Shown piece after piece: positions 55,552-64,000 of a DNA stretch of 64,000 bases. The notes under the pieces are model-generated. The model was not told the origin of the DNA and made no database searches. It worked only from the letters and a program-made list of their open reading frames with translations. Source of the stretch: Actinomycetes bacterium (GTDB taxonomy: Bacteria > Actinomycetota > CALGFH01); NCBI GenBank assembly GCA_036003705.1, contig DASYSE010000126.1:1746-65745 (forward strand), in the 5' to 3' direction. A program made the position numbers and the translations under genes. The first letter of the stretch is position 1. Each line of letters begins with the position of its first letter.

Positions 55552-56841
55552 GTGCCGGTCTTCGTCGTCGGGGCCAACTTCCGCAGCGCCCCGCTGGAGC
55601 TGCTGGAGCGGCTCGCCGTCGACCGCGAGCAACGCCCCAAGGTGCTGGCCGGCCTGCTCGACCAGGAGCACGTCCACGAGGCGGTCGTCGTCTCCACCTG
55701 CAACCGGGTCGAGGTCTACACCGCCATCAGCCGCTTCCACGGCGCCGCCGGCGACGTCAGGCGATTCCTGGCCGACCTCAACGGCCTGCAGCTCGGGGAG
55801 TTCGCCCACCAGCTGTACGACTACTACGAGGAGCGGGCCGTCCGGCACCTGTTCGCGGTGGCCGCCGGGATCGACTCGATGGTGGTGGGCGAGGAGCAGA
55901 TCCTCGGCCAGGTCCGGGAGGCGTTCCAGGCCGCCCAGGGTGAACGGTCGGTCGGGCCGGTACTGTCGGCCCTGTTCATCCGGGCCGTCAAGGTCGGCCG
56001 GCGGGTCAGGAGCGAGACCGGCATCGGCGCCGGGCGTGCCTCCACCGTCACGGTCGGGCTGCGCGTGGCCGACGAGCAGCTCGGTGGCCTGGCCGGGCGC
56101 CGGGCGCTGCTGATCGGGGCCGGCAGCCTGACCCGCCTGGCCGGCCGGAGCCTGCGCGAGGCCGGAGCCGGCGAGCTGGTGGTGGCCAACCGGACGCCGG
56201 CCACGGGCGCCGCCCTCGCCCGCGAGCTCGGCGGCCGTGCCGTGGCCCTGGAGCGCGTCTCCGATGAGCTGGCCGCCGCTGACCTGGCCATCGCGGCCAC
56301 CGCCGGGTCCACCCCGACCGTCACCACGGCAACCGTGTCCGCCGCCATGGCCCGCCGTGCCGCCGACGGCCCGCTGGTCCTGCTCGACCTGGGGGTGCCT
56401 CGCGACGTGGAGCCTGAGGTCCGGGAGCGGCCCGGGGTCGTCCTGGCCGACCTGGACGCGCTGCGGGCGGTGCTGGAGACCGACGAGGGCCCGCGGCGCG
56501 AGGTCGAGCGAGTCCGCGCCCTGATCGCCGAGGAGGCGGACTCGTTCATGGGCGGCCGGCGCGAGGCCAGGCTGGGCCCGACCATCCGGGCGCTGCGGGC
56601 CAGGGCCGAGCAGGTCCGCCAGCAGGAGCTGGCCAGGGGCGCATCCAGGCTGGCCGGCCTCGACGAGCGCCAGCGGGCCGCGGTCGACGCGGTGACCAGA
56701 GGACTGGTCAACAAGCTGCTGCACGACCCGATGGTCCGCGGCAAGGCCCTGGCCGCCAGGCCCGACGGCGACCTGTACGTCGCCGCCCTGCGCGAGCTCT
56801 ACGGCCTCGACCCCCAGCCGGCCGACGATGACCAGCGGTAG
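55552..56841 (+). CDS. hemA: glutamyl-tRNA reductase
   Basis: VSTCNRVEVY...LIGAGSLTRLAGRSL. Confidence 0.9.
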   Translation: MPVFVVGANFRSAPLELLERLAVDREQRPKVLAGLLDQEHVHEAVVVSTCNRVEVYTAISRFHGAAGDVRRFLADLNGLQLGEFAHQLYDYYEERAVRHLFAVAAGIDSMVVGEEQILGQVREAFQAAQGERSVGPVLSALFIRAVKVGRRVRSETGIGAGRASTVTVGLRVADEQLGGLAGRRALLIGAGSLTRLAGRSLREAGAGELVVANRTPATGAALARELGGRAVALERVSDELAAADLAIAATAGSTPTVTTATVSAAMARRAADGPLVLLDLGVPRDVEPEVRERPGVVLADLDALRAVLETDEGPRREVERVRALIAEEADSFMGGRREARLGPTIRALRARAEQVRQQELARGASRLAGLDERQRAAVDAVTRGLVNKLLHDPMVRGKALAARPDGDLYVAALRELYGLDPQPADDDQR

Positions 56842-57778
56842 CCCCGGCCGGCTGCGGCTGGCCACGCGGGCCAGCGCGCTGGCGCTGGCCCAGAGCCGGC
56901 TGGTCGCCGACGGCCTGCGGGCGGCCTGGCCTGATCTCCGCACCGAGCTGGTCACCGTCGTCACCGAGGGGGACCGGCGCCGCGACCTGCCGGCGGCCGC
57001 CCTTGGCGGCAAGGGCATCTTCACCGCCGCCGTGCAGGATGCGGTGCTGGACGGGCGGGCCGACCTGGCCGTCCACTCGGCCAAGGACCTGCCCGCCGCC
57101 CAGGTCCCCGGCCTGGTGCTGGCCGCCGTGCCCGAGCGCGACGACCCTCGGGACGTGCTGGTCGGCCGGCACCGGCTGGCCGGCCTGGACGACCTGGCGC
57201 CCGGGGCCAGGGTCGGCACGGGCAGCCCACGGCGGGTCGCGCTGCTGAACTGGGCCCGGCCCGACCTCGAGCTGGTCGCCATCCGAGGCAACGTCGACAG
57301 CCGGGTGCGCAGGGTCCATGGCGGCGAGCTGGACGCGGTCGTCCTGGCCGCGGCCGGGCTGCGCCGGCTCGGGCTGGGCCTTGACGCGGCCGTCCCGCTC
57401 GACCCGGAGGTGTTCACGCCAGCCCCCGGCCAGGGCACCCTGGCCGTCGAGGCGCGCGAGGACGACACCGGCGCCCTCGGCATGCTGAGCGCCCTGACCC
57501 ACCGGCCGTCGCGGGTCGCGCTGCGGGCCGAGCGGGCGTTCCTGGAGCGGCTCGGCGGGTCGTGCACGCTGCCCGCCGGCGCGCTGCTGCGCCGGGTCGA
57601 CGACGGCCCGCTGGAGATCCAGGGCTTCCTGTCCGCCCTCGACGGCAAGGGCCTGGTCCGCGAGCGCCTCCGCGGCCCCGCCGGCCAACCCGAGGCCGTC
57701 GGCCGGGCCCTGGCCGACCGCCTGCTCGACGCCTGCGGCCCCGAGGTCCGCTCCCTGGTCGAGGACAGCCGCCGGTGA
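56828..57778 (+). CDS. hemC: hydroxymethylbilane synthase (porphobilinogen deaminase)
   Basis: [15 protein letters not shown]...AVHSAKDLP...LGGSCTLP (cofactor-binding Cys loop). Confidence 0.9.
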   Translation: MTSGSPGRLRLATRASALALAQSRLVADGLRAAWPDLRTELVTVVTEGDRRRDLPAAALGGKGIFTAAVQDAVLDGRADLAVHSAKDLPAAQVPGLVLAAVPERDDPRDVLVGRHRLAGLDDLAPGARVGTGSPRRVALLNWARPDLELVAIRGNVDSRVRRVHGGELDAVVLAAAGLRRLGLGLDAAVPLDPEVFTPAPGQGTLAVEAREDDTGALGMLSALTHRPSRVALRAERAFLERLGGSCTLPAGALLRRVDDGPLEIQGFLSALDGKGLVRERLRGPAGQPEAVGRALADRLLDACGPEVRSLVEDSRR

Positions 57779-58554
57779 CCGCACCGGACGGCTCGCTGGC
57801 CGGGTTGACCGTGCTGGTGCCGCGGGCGCGGGACCAGGCGGGCGGGTTCTCGGTGCTGCTGCGGGCCAGGGGGGCCGAGGCGCTGGAGGTGCCGACCATC
57901 GAGATCCGGCAGGTCGCCTCCACCGCCGAGCTCGACCGGGCGGTCGAGGCGCTGGCCGCCGGGCGCTTCGACTGGATCGTGCTGACCAGCGTGAACGGGG
58001 TGGCGGCGATACGGGCCAGGGCCGAGGCGCTGGGGTACGGCCCCGCCGCCCTCGGCCCGGTCGGCGTGGCCGCCGTCGGCCCGGCCACCGAGTCGGCGCT
58101 GCGGGACTGGGGGGTCGCCCCCGACCTCGTCCCCGAGGCCGCCACCACCGCGGCCCTGGGCCAGGCGTTCCCCGACCCCTCCGGCTCCGGGGCGGTCCTG
58201 CTGGCCAGGGCCGACCTGGCCAACCCCGCGCTGGGAGTGATCCTGCGCGACAAGGGCTGGCAGACCTCCGAGGTGGTGGCCTACCACACCGTCCCGGTCG
58301 GGGAGCTCGACCCGGCGGCCCGCCGGCGCCTGGATGGCGGCGAGGTCGACTGGGTGGCGTTCACCGCCTCCTCCACCGTCGAGGGGTTCCTGCGCGGGTA
58401 CGGCGGCCCGCCACCGCCAGGAGTGCGGGTGGCCGCGATCGGCCCGGTGACCGCCGACGCCGCCCGCTCGGCCGGGATGCGGGTGGTGGCCACCGCCGCC
58501 GAGCACACCATCCCCGGCCTGGTCGCCGCCATCGAGCGCGCCGTCGCGAGGTAG
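57775..58554 (+). CDS. hemD: uroporphyrinogen-III synthase (stand-alone HemD, not fused to a cobA methyltransferase)
   Basis: GTG overlapping the hemC stop (GTGA). ~260 aa with the HemD fold pattern ([12 protein letters not shown]...[12 protein letters not shown]...[12 protein letters not shown]). Confidence 0.8.
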   Translation: MTAPDGSLAGLTVLVPRARDQAGGFSVLLRARGAEALEVPTIEIRQVASTAELDRAVEALAAGRFDWIVLTSVNGVAAIRARAEALGYGPAALGPVGVAAVGPATESALRDWGVAPDLVPEAATTAALGQAFPDPSGSGAVLLARADLANPALGVILRDKGWQTSEVVAYHTVPVGELDPAARRRLDGGEVDWVAFTASSTVEGFLRGYGGPPPPGVRVAAIGPVTADAARSAGMRVVATAAEHTIPGLVAAIERAVAR

Positions 58555-58592
58555 GGTTGACCCGGCCGAGCAGACGAATCCGAGGAGTCGGT

Positions 58593-59585
58593 ATGCAACC
58601 TGCGCCGTTTCCGGTGAGCCGTTCGCGGCGGCTGCGCCACACCCGGGTGCTGCGAGAACTGGTGCGCGAGACCGAGCTGTCACGCCGCCACCTGGTCGCC
58701 CCGCTGTTCGTCAAGCAAGGCATCGCCGAGCCGGCGCCGATCGCCTCGATGCCCGGCCACGCCCAGCACACCCTCGAGAGCCTTCGCAAGGAGGCGGCCG
58801 AGCTGGCCGGCCTCGGCGTCCCCGCCCTGCTGCTGTTCGGCATCCCGGCCGGCAAGGACGCCGAGGGCTCCCAGGCCTGGGCGCCGGAAGGGATCGTCCA
58901 GCGGGCGCTGCGGGCCCTGGCCGCCGACCTCGGCGACGAGGTCGCCCTGATCGCCGACCTGTGCCTGTGCGAATACACCGACCACGGCCACTGCGGGGTC
59001 ATCGCCGACGCGCCCGGGGGCCAGGTGGTGGCCAACGACCCGACGCTGGAGCGGTACCGGCGGATCGCCGTCGCCCAGGCCGAGGCCGGGGCGTCGATGA
59101 TCGCACCCAGCGGGATGATGGACGGCCAGGTGGCCGCCATCCGGAGCGCCCTGGACGAGGCCGGCTTCGCCGACACGCCGATCCTGGCCTACGCGGCCAA
59201 GTACGCCTCGGGCCTGTACGGCCCGTTCCGGGAGGCTGCCGAGGGCGCACCCCGCTTCGGCGACCGGTCCGGCTACCAGATGGACCCGGCCAACGGTGAC
59301 GAGGCGTTGCGCGAGGTCGCCCTCGACGTCGCCGAGGGTGCCGACCTGGTCATGGTCAAGCCGGCCCTGGCCTACCTGGACGTGCTCTGGCGGGTGAAGC
59401 AGACCTTCGGGCTGCCGACCGCCGCCTACCATGTGTCCGGCGAGTACGCGATGGTCAAGGCGGCCGCCGAGCGCGGCTGGATCGACGGCGAGCGCGTCAT
59501 GCTCGAGGTGCTGACCGGCATCCGGAGGGCCGGAGCCGACCTGGTCGTCACCTATTTCGCCCGCGACGCCGCCCGGCTGCTCTAG
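58593..59585 (+). CDS. hemB: porphobilinogen synthase (delta-aminolevulinic acid dehydratase)
   Basis: RRLR...LVAPLFV...[16 protein letters not shown] (metal-site Cys triad) ... active-site Lys region. Confidence 0.9.
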   Translation: MQPAPFPVSRSRRLRHTRVLRELVRETELSRRHLVAPLFVKQGIAEPAPIASMPGHAQHTLESLRKEAAELAGLGVPALLLFGIPAGKDAEGSQAWAPEGIVQRALRALAADLGDEVALIADLCLCEYTDHGHCGVIADAPGGQVVANDPTLERYRRIAVAQAEAGASMIAPSGMMDGQVAAIRSALDEAGFADTPILAYAAKYASGLYGPFREAAEGAPRFGDRSGYQMDPANGDEALREVALDVAEGADLVMVKPALAYLDVLWRVKQTFGLPTAAYHVSGEYAMVKAAAERGWIDGERVMLEVLTGIRRAGADLVVTYFARDAARLL

Positions 59586-59669
59586 GAAGGTTCCACGTGA
59601 AACCTTGGCGCGTCGGCCCGAAAGGCCGCTTCGAGCAGCAGACCGTCACCAGTCGGGACTAGCCCACCC

Positions 59670-60326
59670 ATGGCCGACCCGTTCGACCTGGTCATCTTCG
59701 ACTGCGACGGCGTGCTGGTCGACAGCGAGCGCATCGCCGTCCGGGTCGAGGCCGAGCTGCTGGCCGAGCTGGGCTGGCCGCTGAGCGAGGCCGAGGTCGT
59801 CGAGCGGTTCATGGGCCGGACCGACGAGTTCATGGACGAGGCGATCGAGGCCCAGCTCGGGGACCGGCTGCCCGCCGACTGGAAGGACCAGTTCCAGCGC
59901 CGCTCCCGGGCGGCCTTCGCCGCCGAGCTCGTCCCGGTCGACGGCATCCTGGAGGCGCTCGACCAGATCACCACGCCGACCTGCGTCGCCTCCGGCGGCA
60001 GCTACGACAAGCTCCGCTTCACCCTGGGGCACACCGGCCTGTACCGGCGGTTCGAGGGCCGGATCTTCAGCGGCAAGGAGGTCGCCAACGGCAAGCCGGC
60101 CCCTGACCTGTACCTCCACGCGGCCGCACGGATGGGGGTCGAGCCGGCGGCCTGCGCGGTGGTCGAGGACAGCCACTACGGTGTCCTGTCGGCCCGGGCT
60201 GCCGGGATGCGCGTCTTCGGCTACGCCGGCGGCCTGACCCCGGCGCACCGCCTGGAAGGCCCGGGGACGGTGGTGTTCGACGACATGCGCGAGCTGCCGC
60301 GCCTGCTGGCGGGCGCGCGCACCTGA
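59670..60326 (+). CDS. HAD-superfamily hydrolase (beta-phosphoglucomutase-like, subfamily IA)
   Basis: [14 protein letters not shown] (motif I DxD) ... KPAPDLY ... VEDSHYG. Confidence 0.8.
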   Translation: MADPFDLVIFDCDGVLVDSERIAVRVEAELLAELGWPLSEAEVVERFMGRTDEFMDEAIEAQLGDRLPADWKDQFQRRSRAAFAAELVPVDGILEALDQITTPTCVASGGSYDKLRFTLGHTGLYRRFEGRIFSGKEVANGKPAPDLYLHAAARMGVEPAACAVVEDSHYGVLSARAAGMRVFGYAGGLTPAHRLEGPGTVVFDDMRELPRLLAGART

Positions 60327-60344
60327 GACCGGCCAGACGCCGGC

Positions 60345-60430
60345 GGTCTCAGAACCGGCCGGCGCGGCGCAACCGCCTCGGGCGACCGGTCTCAGAACCG
60401 GCCGGCGCGGCGCAACCGCCTCGGGCGACC
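60345..60430. repeat. perfect 43-bp tandem duplication (2 copies) spanning the stop and last 12 codons of the PLD gene
   Basis: ggtctcagaaccggccggcgcggcgcaaccgcctcgggcgacc x2 (60345-60387 and 60388-60430). Copy 2 encodes ...[10 protein letters not shown] plus the stop; copy 1 is the identical sequence in the 3' UTR. Confidence 0.75.
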
Positions 60431-61996
60431 GTCGGGATCGACCAGCGTCCTGTAGACCGGAGTGGCCCACCAGGCCGCCCAGGGCTGGACCGGGCCCGGG
60501 ACGTGCTCGCGGGCGTGGCCGGGTGGGCGCGGCCCGCGCCGACCGCCTTCGTGCCAGGCGGTCAGGGTGGCGGCCGTCCGCCGCCAGGCGTCGAAGCCGT
60601 CGACCGAATCCAGCAGGTCGCCGTCCTCGCCGGGCCCGCGCCCGAGATGCTCCCGCCACAGGTGCAGGCGCAACCGCCTGGCGAACACCCGGGCGCCGTC
60701 GCCGAGGCCGGCCGGGTCGCGCGGCTCCCGCTCGTCGCTGGTGTCGTCAAGGACGGCCGCCGACAGCTCGGCGTCGTGGGTCCAGGACCGGCGGTTCATG
60801 TTGTCGGAGCCGACGGCCGCCCACACGTCGTCGATCACGCAGACCTTGGCGTGCACGTAGATCGGCGTGCCCTGCTGGTTCTCGAGGTCGTAGACGGCGA
60901 CCCGGTCGCCGCCGGCCGCCTGCAGCAGGTCGAGCGCGGCCTGCTGGCCGATCCGGTTGGGCGGGCCCGTCATGCGCCCGTCCTGGTCGGGATAGCGGGG
61001 GACGACCGCGATCAGCCGCAGCTCGGCCGAGCGGCGCAGCGCGTCGGCCAGGGCCTGGGCGATCTCCTCCGACCACAGATACTGGTCCTCGAGGTAGACG
61101 AACCGGCGGGCCCGCCACAGGGCCTTGAGGTAGGCGCGGGCGATGCTGCGCTCCCCGGCCGGCGCGAACGGCAGCGGCGGCCGCTTGGCCGGGTAGGTGC
61201 GCAGCACCTGGACGGCGTGGGGACCGGCCGGGGCCGGGTCGCGGAGCATGGGCGGCAGCGGGCTTGGATGCCTCGGCTGGCCGACCCGCCTGGTCAGCCG
61301 GGCCCGCCACGGGTTGCGGTGGTCCAGCGGGGTCGGGTCCTCCCACCGCTCCCTGAAGGTGACCGCCAGGTCGCCGACGGCCGGGCCGCGCAGCTCGAGC
61401 TGCACGTCGTGCCATGGGGGGTTGGGGCCGTACCGCTCGTCCATCGGCACCGCCTGCGGGTCGCCCAGGTGGCGCTCGTCGTCCCTGCGCCCGTGGCACA
61501 GGTCGATCCCGCCCATGAAGGCGACGTCCTCGTCCTCCCGGTCGAGGTGGTGGACCAGGATCAGCTTCTGGTGCTGGCTTCCCGGCCCCCTGACCCGTTC
61601 GTCGAGCAGGATCTCGCCGCCCGCCTGGTTGACCACCTCGCCCAGGTGCAGGTTCTGCTCCTCGTTGAAATGGGCGAGATTCGGGTGGGAGCGCCAGAGC
61701 AGGCCCCGCACCTGCACGCCCCGCCTGGCCAGGCCGGCCAGGACGGTCCCGAGCTCGGTGCCCTCACCATCCAGCAGCTCGTCGGTGTCGCCACGCCAGT
61801 CGGTGATGCCGACCAGGTCGCCCCCGCGCAGCGTGCGAAGCGCCGCCAGCAGCCGCGGATAGTAGGTGGCCCCATGGACCAGCGGCTCGACCCGGTTCCC
61901 CTCGGTCCAGGCCCGCCCGTCCCGCCGGCGCCGGTCGATCTCGGTCGCCTTGTTGCCTCGTTCCTGAGCCGTCAGGAACCAGTCCTCGGTCGCCAC
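60392..61996 (-). CDS. phospholipase D family protein (two HKD motifs)
   Basis: HQKLILV...GGIDL and HAKVCVIDD...GSDNMNRRS. Confidence 0.85.
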   Translation of the reverse strand: MATEDWFLTAQERGNKATEIDRRRRDGRAWTEGNRVEPLVHGATYYPRLLAALRTLRGGDLVGITDWRGDTDELLDGEGTELGTVLAGLARRGVQVRGLLWRSHPNLAHFNEEQNLHLGEVVNQAGGEILLDERVRGPGSQHQKLILVHHLDREDEDVAFMGGIDLCHGRRDDERHLGDPQAVPMDERYGPNPPWHDVQLELRGPAVGDLAVTFRERWEDPTPLDHRNPWRARLTRRVGQPRHPSPLPPMLRDPAPAGPHAVQVLRTYPAKRPPLPFAPAGERSIARAYLKALWRARRFVYLEDQYLWSEEIAQALADALRRSAELRLIAVVPRYPDQDGRMTGPPNRIGQQAALDLLQAAGGDRVAVYDLENQQGTPIYVHAKVCVIDDVWAAVGSDNMNRRSWTHDAELSAAVLDDTSDEREPRDPAGLGDGARVFARRLRLHLWREHLGRGPGEDGDLLDSVDGFDAWRRTAATLTAWHEGGRRGPRPPGHAREHVPGPVQPWAAWWATPVYRTLVDPDGRPRRLRRAGRF

Positions 61997-62126
61997 CTCC
62001 GCCTCCCTTCAGGGTCGGCCCTCCGCCGCCATGCAAGAGCACCGGTGCCATGGCCACCCCTGATCCAGTTCCCGTTGGGGAGCGGTCGTAGACTGGGCGC
62101 GCCGCCCCGTCTCCAAGGAGCCTCCC

Positions 62127-63104
62127 GTGCGCCACCGCCGCCTCGGCTCGACCGACCTGGTCGTCAGCGAGCTCGGGTTGGCGGTGTGGCCGCTGGTCGC
62201 CGGGCCGCTGGCGCGGTCCGACGAGCAGGTCGCCGACCTGCTCGGCGCCGCCCTCGACCTCGGGATCGGCTACTTCGCCGCCACCGACGCCGACGACGGG
62301 GGACGGGCCGAACGCCTCCTTGGCGCAGCCGTCCGCGGCCACCGGGACGAGGTCACGGTGGCCACCACCTTCGGCTACGACACCACCCCCAACCCCTGGC
62401 AACCGGCGCCCCAGCCGCCGCGGCACGACTGGTCGACGGCGTTCGCCGGAGCGGCGCTGGACCGCTCACTCGACCGCCTGCGGCTGGAGCCGATCGACCT
62501 GTGGCTGCTCCATCATCCGGGCATGGACGCCGTCGAGTCCGATGCGCTGTTCCACTTCCTCGGCGAGCAGGTGGAGAAGGGCAAGATCCGGCACTATGGG
62601 GTGGCGCTCGGCCCCGGGGTCGGCTGGGGCGACGAGGGCGCGCTGGCGTTGCGGGACCGCCGGGTCGTGGCCGTCGAGACCGTCTACAACGTCGCCGAGC
62701 AGGACCCAGGCCGCGAGCTGGCCGCCCTGGCCACCGAGGTCGGCGCCGGCCTGGTGGTTCGCGATCCGCTGGCCCCGCGGCTGCCGGCCGCGGCCAGGGA
62801 GCGGCTGGAGTTCCTGACCAGGGACCGCGACAAGACCCTCGACCAGGCGCTGCTGCGGTTTGCGCTCGCCGACCCGGCCGCGGCCACGGTCCTGCCGCCG
62901 GTGCCGGACCAGGCGGTCCTGGCGGAGCTGGCCGCCGCCGCCGACCTGCCGCCGCCGACCGCCCAGGACCTGGACCTGATCGCCGAGCTCCACGAGGCAC
63001 GGTTCGGCGTGCCTGCGGGGGGCGGCGGGGCCGCGGCGGATGGCGGTCGTGCCGATCATCGTCATCCCCATCGTCATCCCGACCTTCCTGGAGTGAGCCG
63101 ATGA
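62127..63104 (+). CDS. aldo/keto reductase
   Basis: [14 protein letters not shown]...YFATDAD...DLWLLHHP. The C-terminal HRHPHRHP tail overlaps the hemL start (ATGA). Confidence 0.75.
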   Translation: MRHRRLGSTDLVVSELGLAVWPLVAGPLARSDEQVADLLGAALDLGIGYFAATDADDGGRAERLLGAAVRGHRDEVTVATTFGYDTTPNPWQPAPQPPRHDWSTAFAGAALDRSLDRLRLEPIDLWLLHHPGMDAVESDALFHFLGEQVEKGKIRHYGVALGPGVGWGDEGALALRDRRVVAVETVYNVAEQDPGRELAALATEVGAGLVVRDPLAPRLPAAARERLEFLTRDRDKTLDQALLRFALADPAAATVLPPVPDQAVLAELAAAADLPPPTAQDLDLIAELHEARFGVPAGGGGAAADGGRADHRHPHRHPDLPGVSR

Positions 63105-64000
63105 CCCGAGCCCTGCGGAGCGCGGCGCTGTTCGAGCGGGCGAAGGCCGCGATCCCCGGCGGGGTGAACTCGCCGGTGCGGGCGTTCGGAGCGGTCGGAG
63201 GCACACCCCGGTTCTTCGCCGGCGGCCAGGGGCCTCACCTCTGGGACGTCGACGGCGGCCGCTACGTCGACCTGGTCTGCTCGTGGGGCCCGCTGATCGC
63301 CGGCCACGCCCACCCGAGGGTCGTCGAGGCGGTGCAGGCCGCCACCGCGCGAGGCACCTCCTTCGGCGCTCCCACCGAGGCCGAGGTCGAGCTGGCCGAG
63401 GAGGTGGCCCGGCGCGTGCCGGCCGTCCAGAAGCTCCGTATGGTCAACTCGGGCACAGAGGCCACCATGAGCGCGGTCCGCCTGGCCAGGGCGGCCACCG
63501 GCCGGGCCAAGCTGGTCAAGTTCGCCGGCTGCTACCACGGCCACGCCGACGGTCTGCTGGCCGCGGCCGGCTCCGGCGTCGCCACCCTCGGCCTGCCCGA
63601 CTCGCCGGGCGTCACCGCCGCCCAGACCGCCGACACGATCGTGCTCCCCTACAACGACGAGCAGGCCCTCGCCGACGCCTTCTCCACCGGCGGCGACCAG
63701 ATCGCCGCCGTGATCGTCGAGCCGATCGCCGCCAACATGGGCGTCGTCGCCCCAACCCCAGGCTTCCTGGCCGCGCTGCGGGCCGAGACCCGCCGGGCTC
63801 GGGCACTGCTGATCCTCGACGAGGTGATGACCGGCTTCCGGGTCCACCGCGGCGGCGCCACCGGGCTGTGGTCGCTGGAGCCCGACCTGCTCACCTTCGG
63901 CAAGGTGCTCGGGGGCGGGCTGCCCGCCGCCGCCTACGGGGGCCCGGCGCGCCTGCTCGACCTGGTCGCCCCCGAGGGGCCGGTCTACCAGGCGGGCACG
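63101..64000 (+). CDS. hemL: glutamate-1-semialdehyde 2,1-aminomutase, N-terminal ~300 codons; continues past the window end
   Basis: Own translation [29 protein letters not shown]...[10 protein letters not shown]...DEVMTGFR, a PLP aminotransferase class III pattern. Absent from the ORF track because no stop lies in the window. Confidence 0.9.
   Translation, partial: MTRALRSAALFERAKAAIPGGVNSPVRAFGAVGGTPRFFAGGQGPHLWDVDGGRYVDLVCSWGPLIAGHAHPRVVEAVQAATARGTSFGAPTEAEVELAEEVARRVPAVQKLRMVNSGTEATMSAVRLARAATGRAKLVKFAGCYHGHADGLLAAAGSGVATLGLPDSPGVTAAQTADTIVLPYNDEQALADAFSTGGDQIAAVIVEPIAANMGVVAPTPGFLAALRAETRRARALLILDEVMTGFRVHRGGATGLWSLEPDLLTFGKVLGGGLPAAAYGGPARLLDLVAPEGPVYQAGT

Noticed and set aside
1-64000. 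CRISPR arrays, transposases/IS elements and prophage genes
   Set aside because: No regularly spaced short repeats were seen, and no DDE/tyrosine-recombinase or phage structural motifs appear in any ORF translation.

Overview
This is a high-GC (roughly 70%+) actinobacterial chromosomal window. The mycothiol gene mshA supports that placement. It is densely packed with housekeeping and accessory genes on both strands, and long ORFs in alternative frames are common and were treated as artefacts. Main content: (1) a tRNA cluster Phe-Asp-Glu-Lys on the minus strand at 4.6-5.0 kb. (2) A c-di-GMP module at 8.8-10.7 kb: an RsiG-like anti-sigma protein carrying two intact E-x3-S-x2-R-x3-Q-x3-D c-di-GMP-binding motifs, followed by a CheY-like receiver, an HD-GYP phosphodiesterase and an asparaginase. 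(3) A large phosphate-homeostasis supercluster at 20.3-31.4 kb: a SixA-like histidine phosphatase, a CYTH-CHAD protein, DUF202, a PhoR-like kinase, PhoU, a divergent PhoP-like regulator, pstSCAB, a DUF47 PhoU-like protein and PitA. (4) A heme/tetrapyrrole block rex-hemA-hemC-hemD-hemB ... hemL at 54.8-64 kb. (5) Several ABC exporters: a MacAB-like tripartite system, two tandem ABC-2 ATPase/permease pairs, and one ABC-2 pair flanked by ~58-bp direct repeats. (6) A conserved block acuC-like deacetylase / hypothetical / Clp1-like kinase / SAM hydroxide adenosyltransferase / epimerase / acyltransferase. Structures not explained by genes: a nested palindromic operator overlapping a likely leaderless promoter of an HTH-ClpN operon; tandem repeats between the macB ATPase and permease genes; a perfect 43-bp tandem duplication spanning the stop codon of a PLD gene; a ~350-nt leader with a good sigma70-like promoter upstream of apgM; two candidate small membrane peptides; a YciI-like gene remnant. 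No CRISPR array, integrase or transposase was seen.
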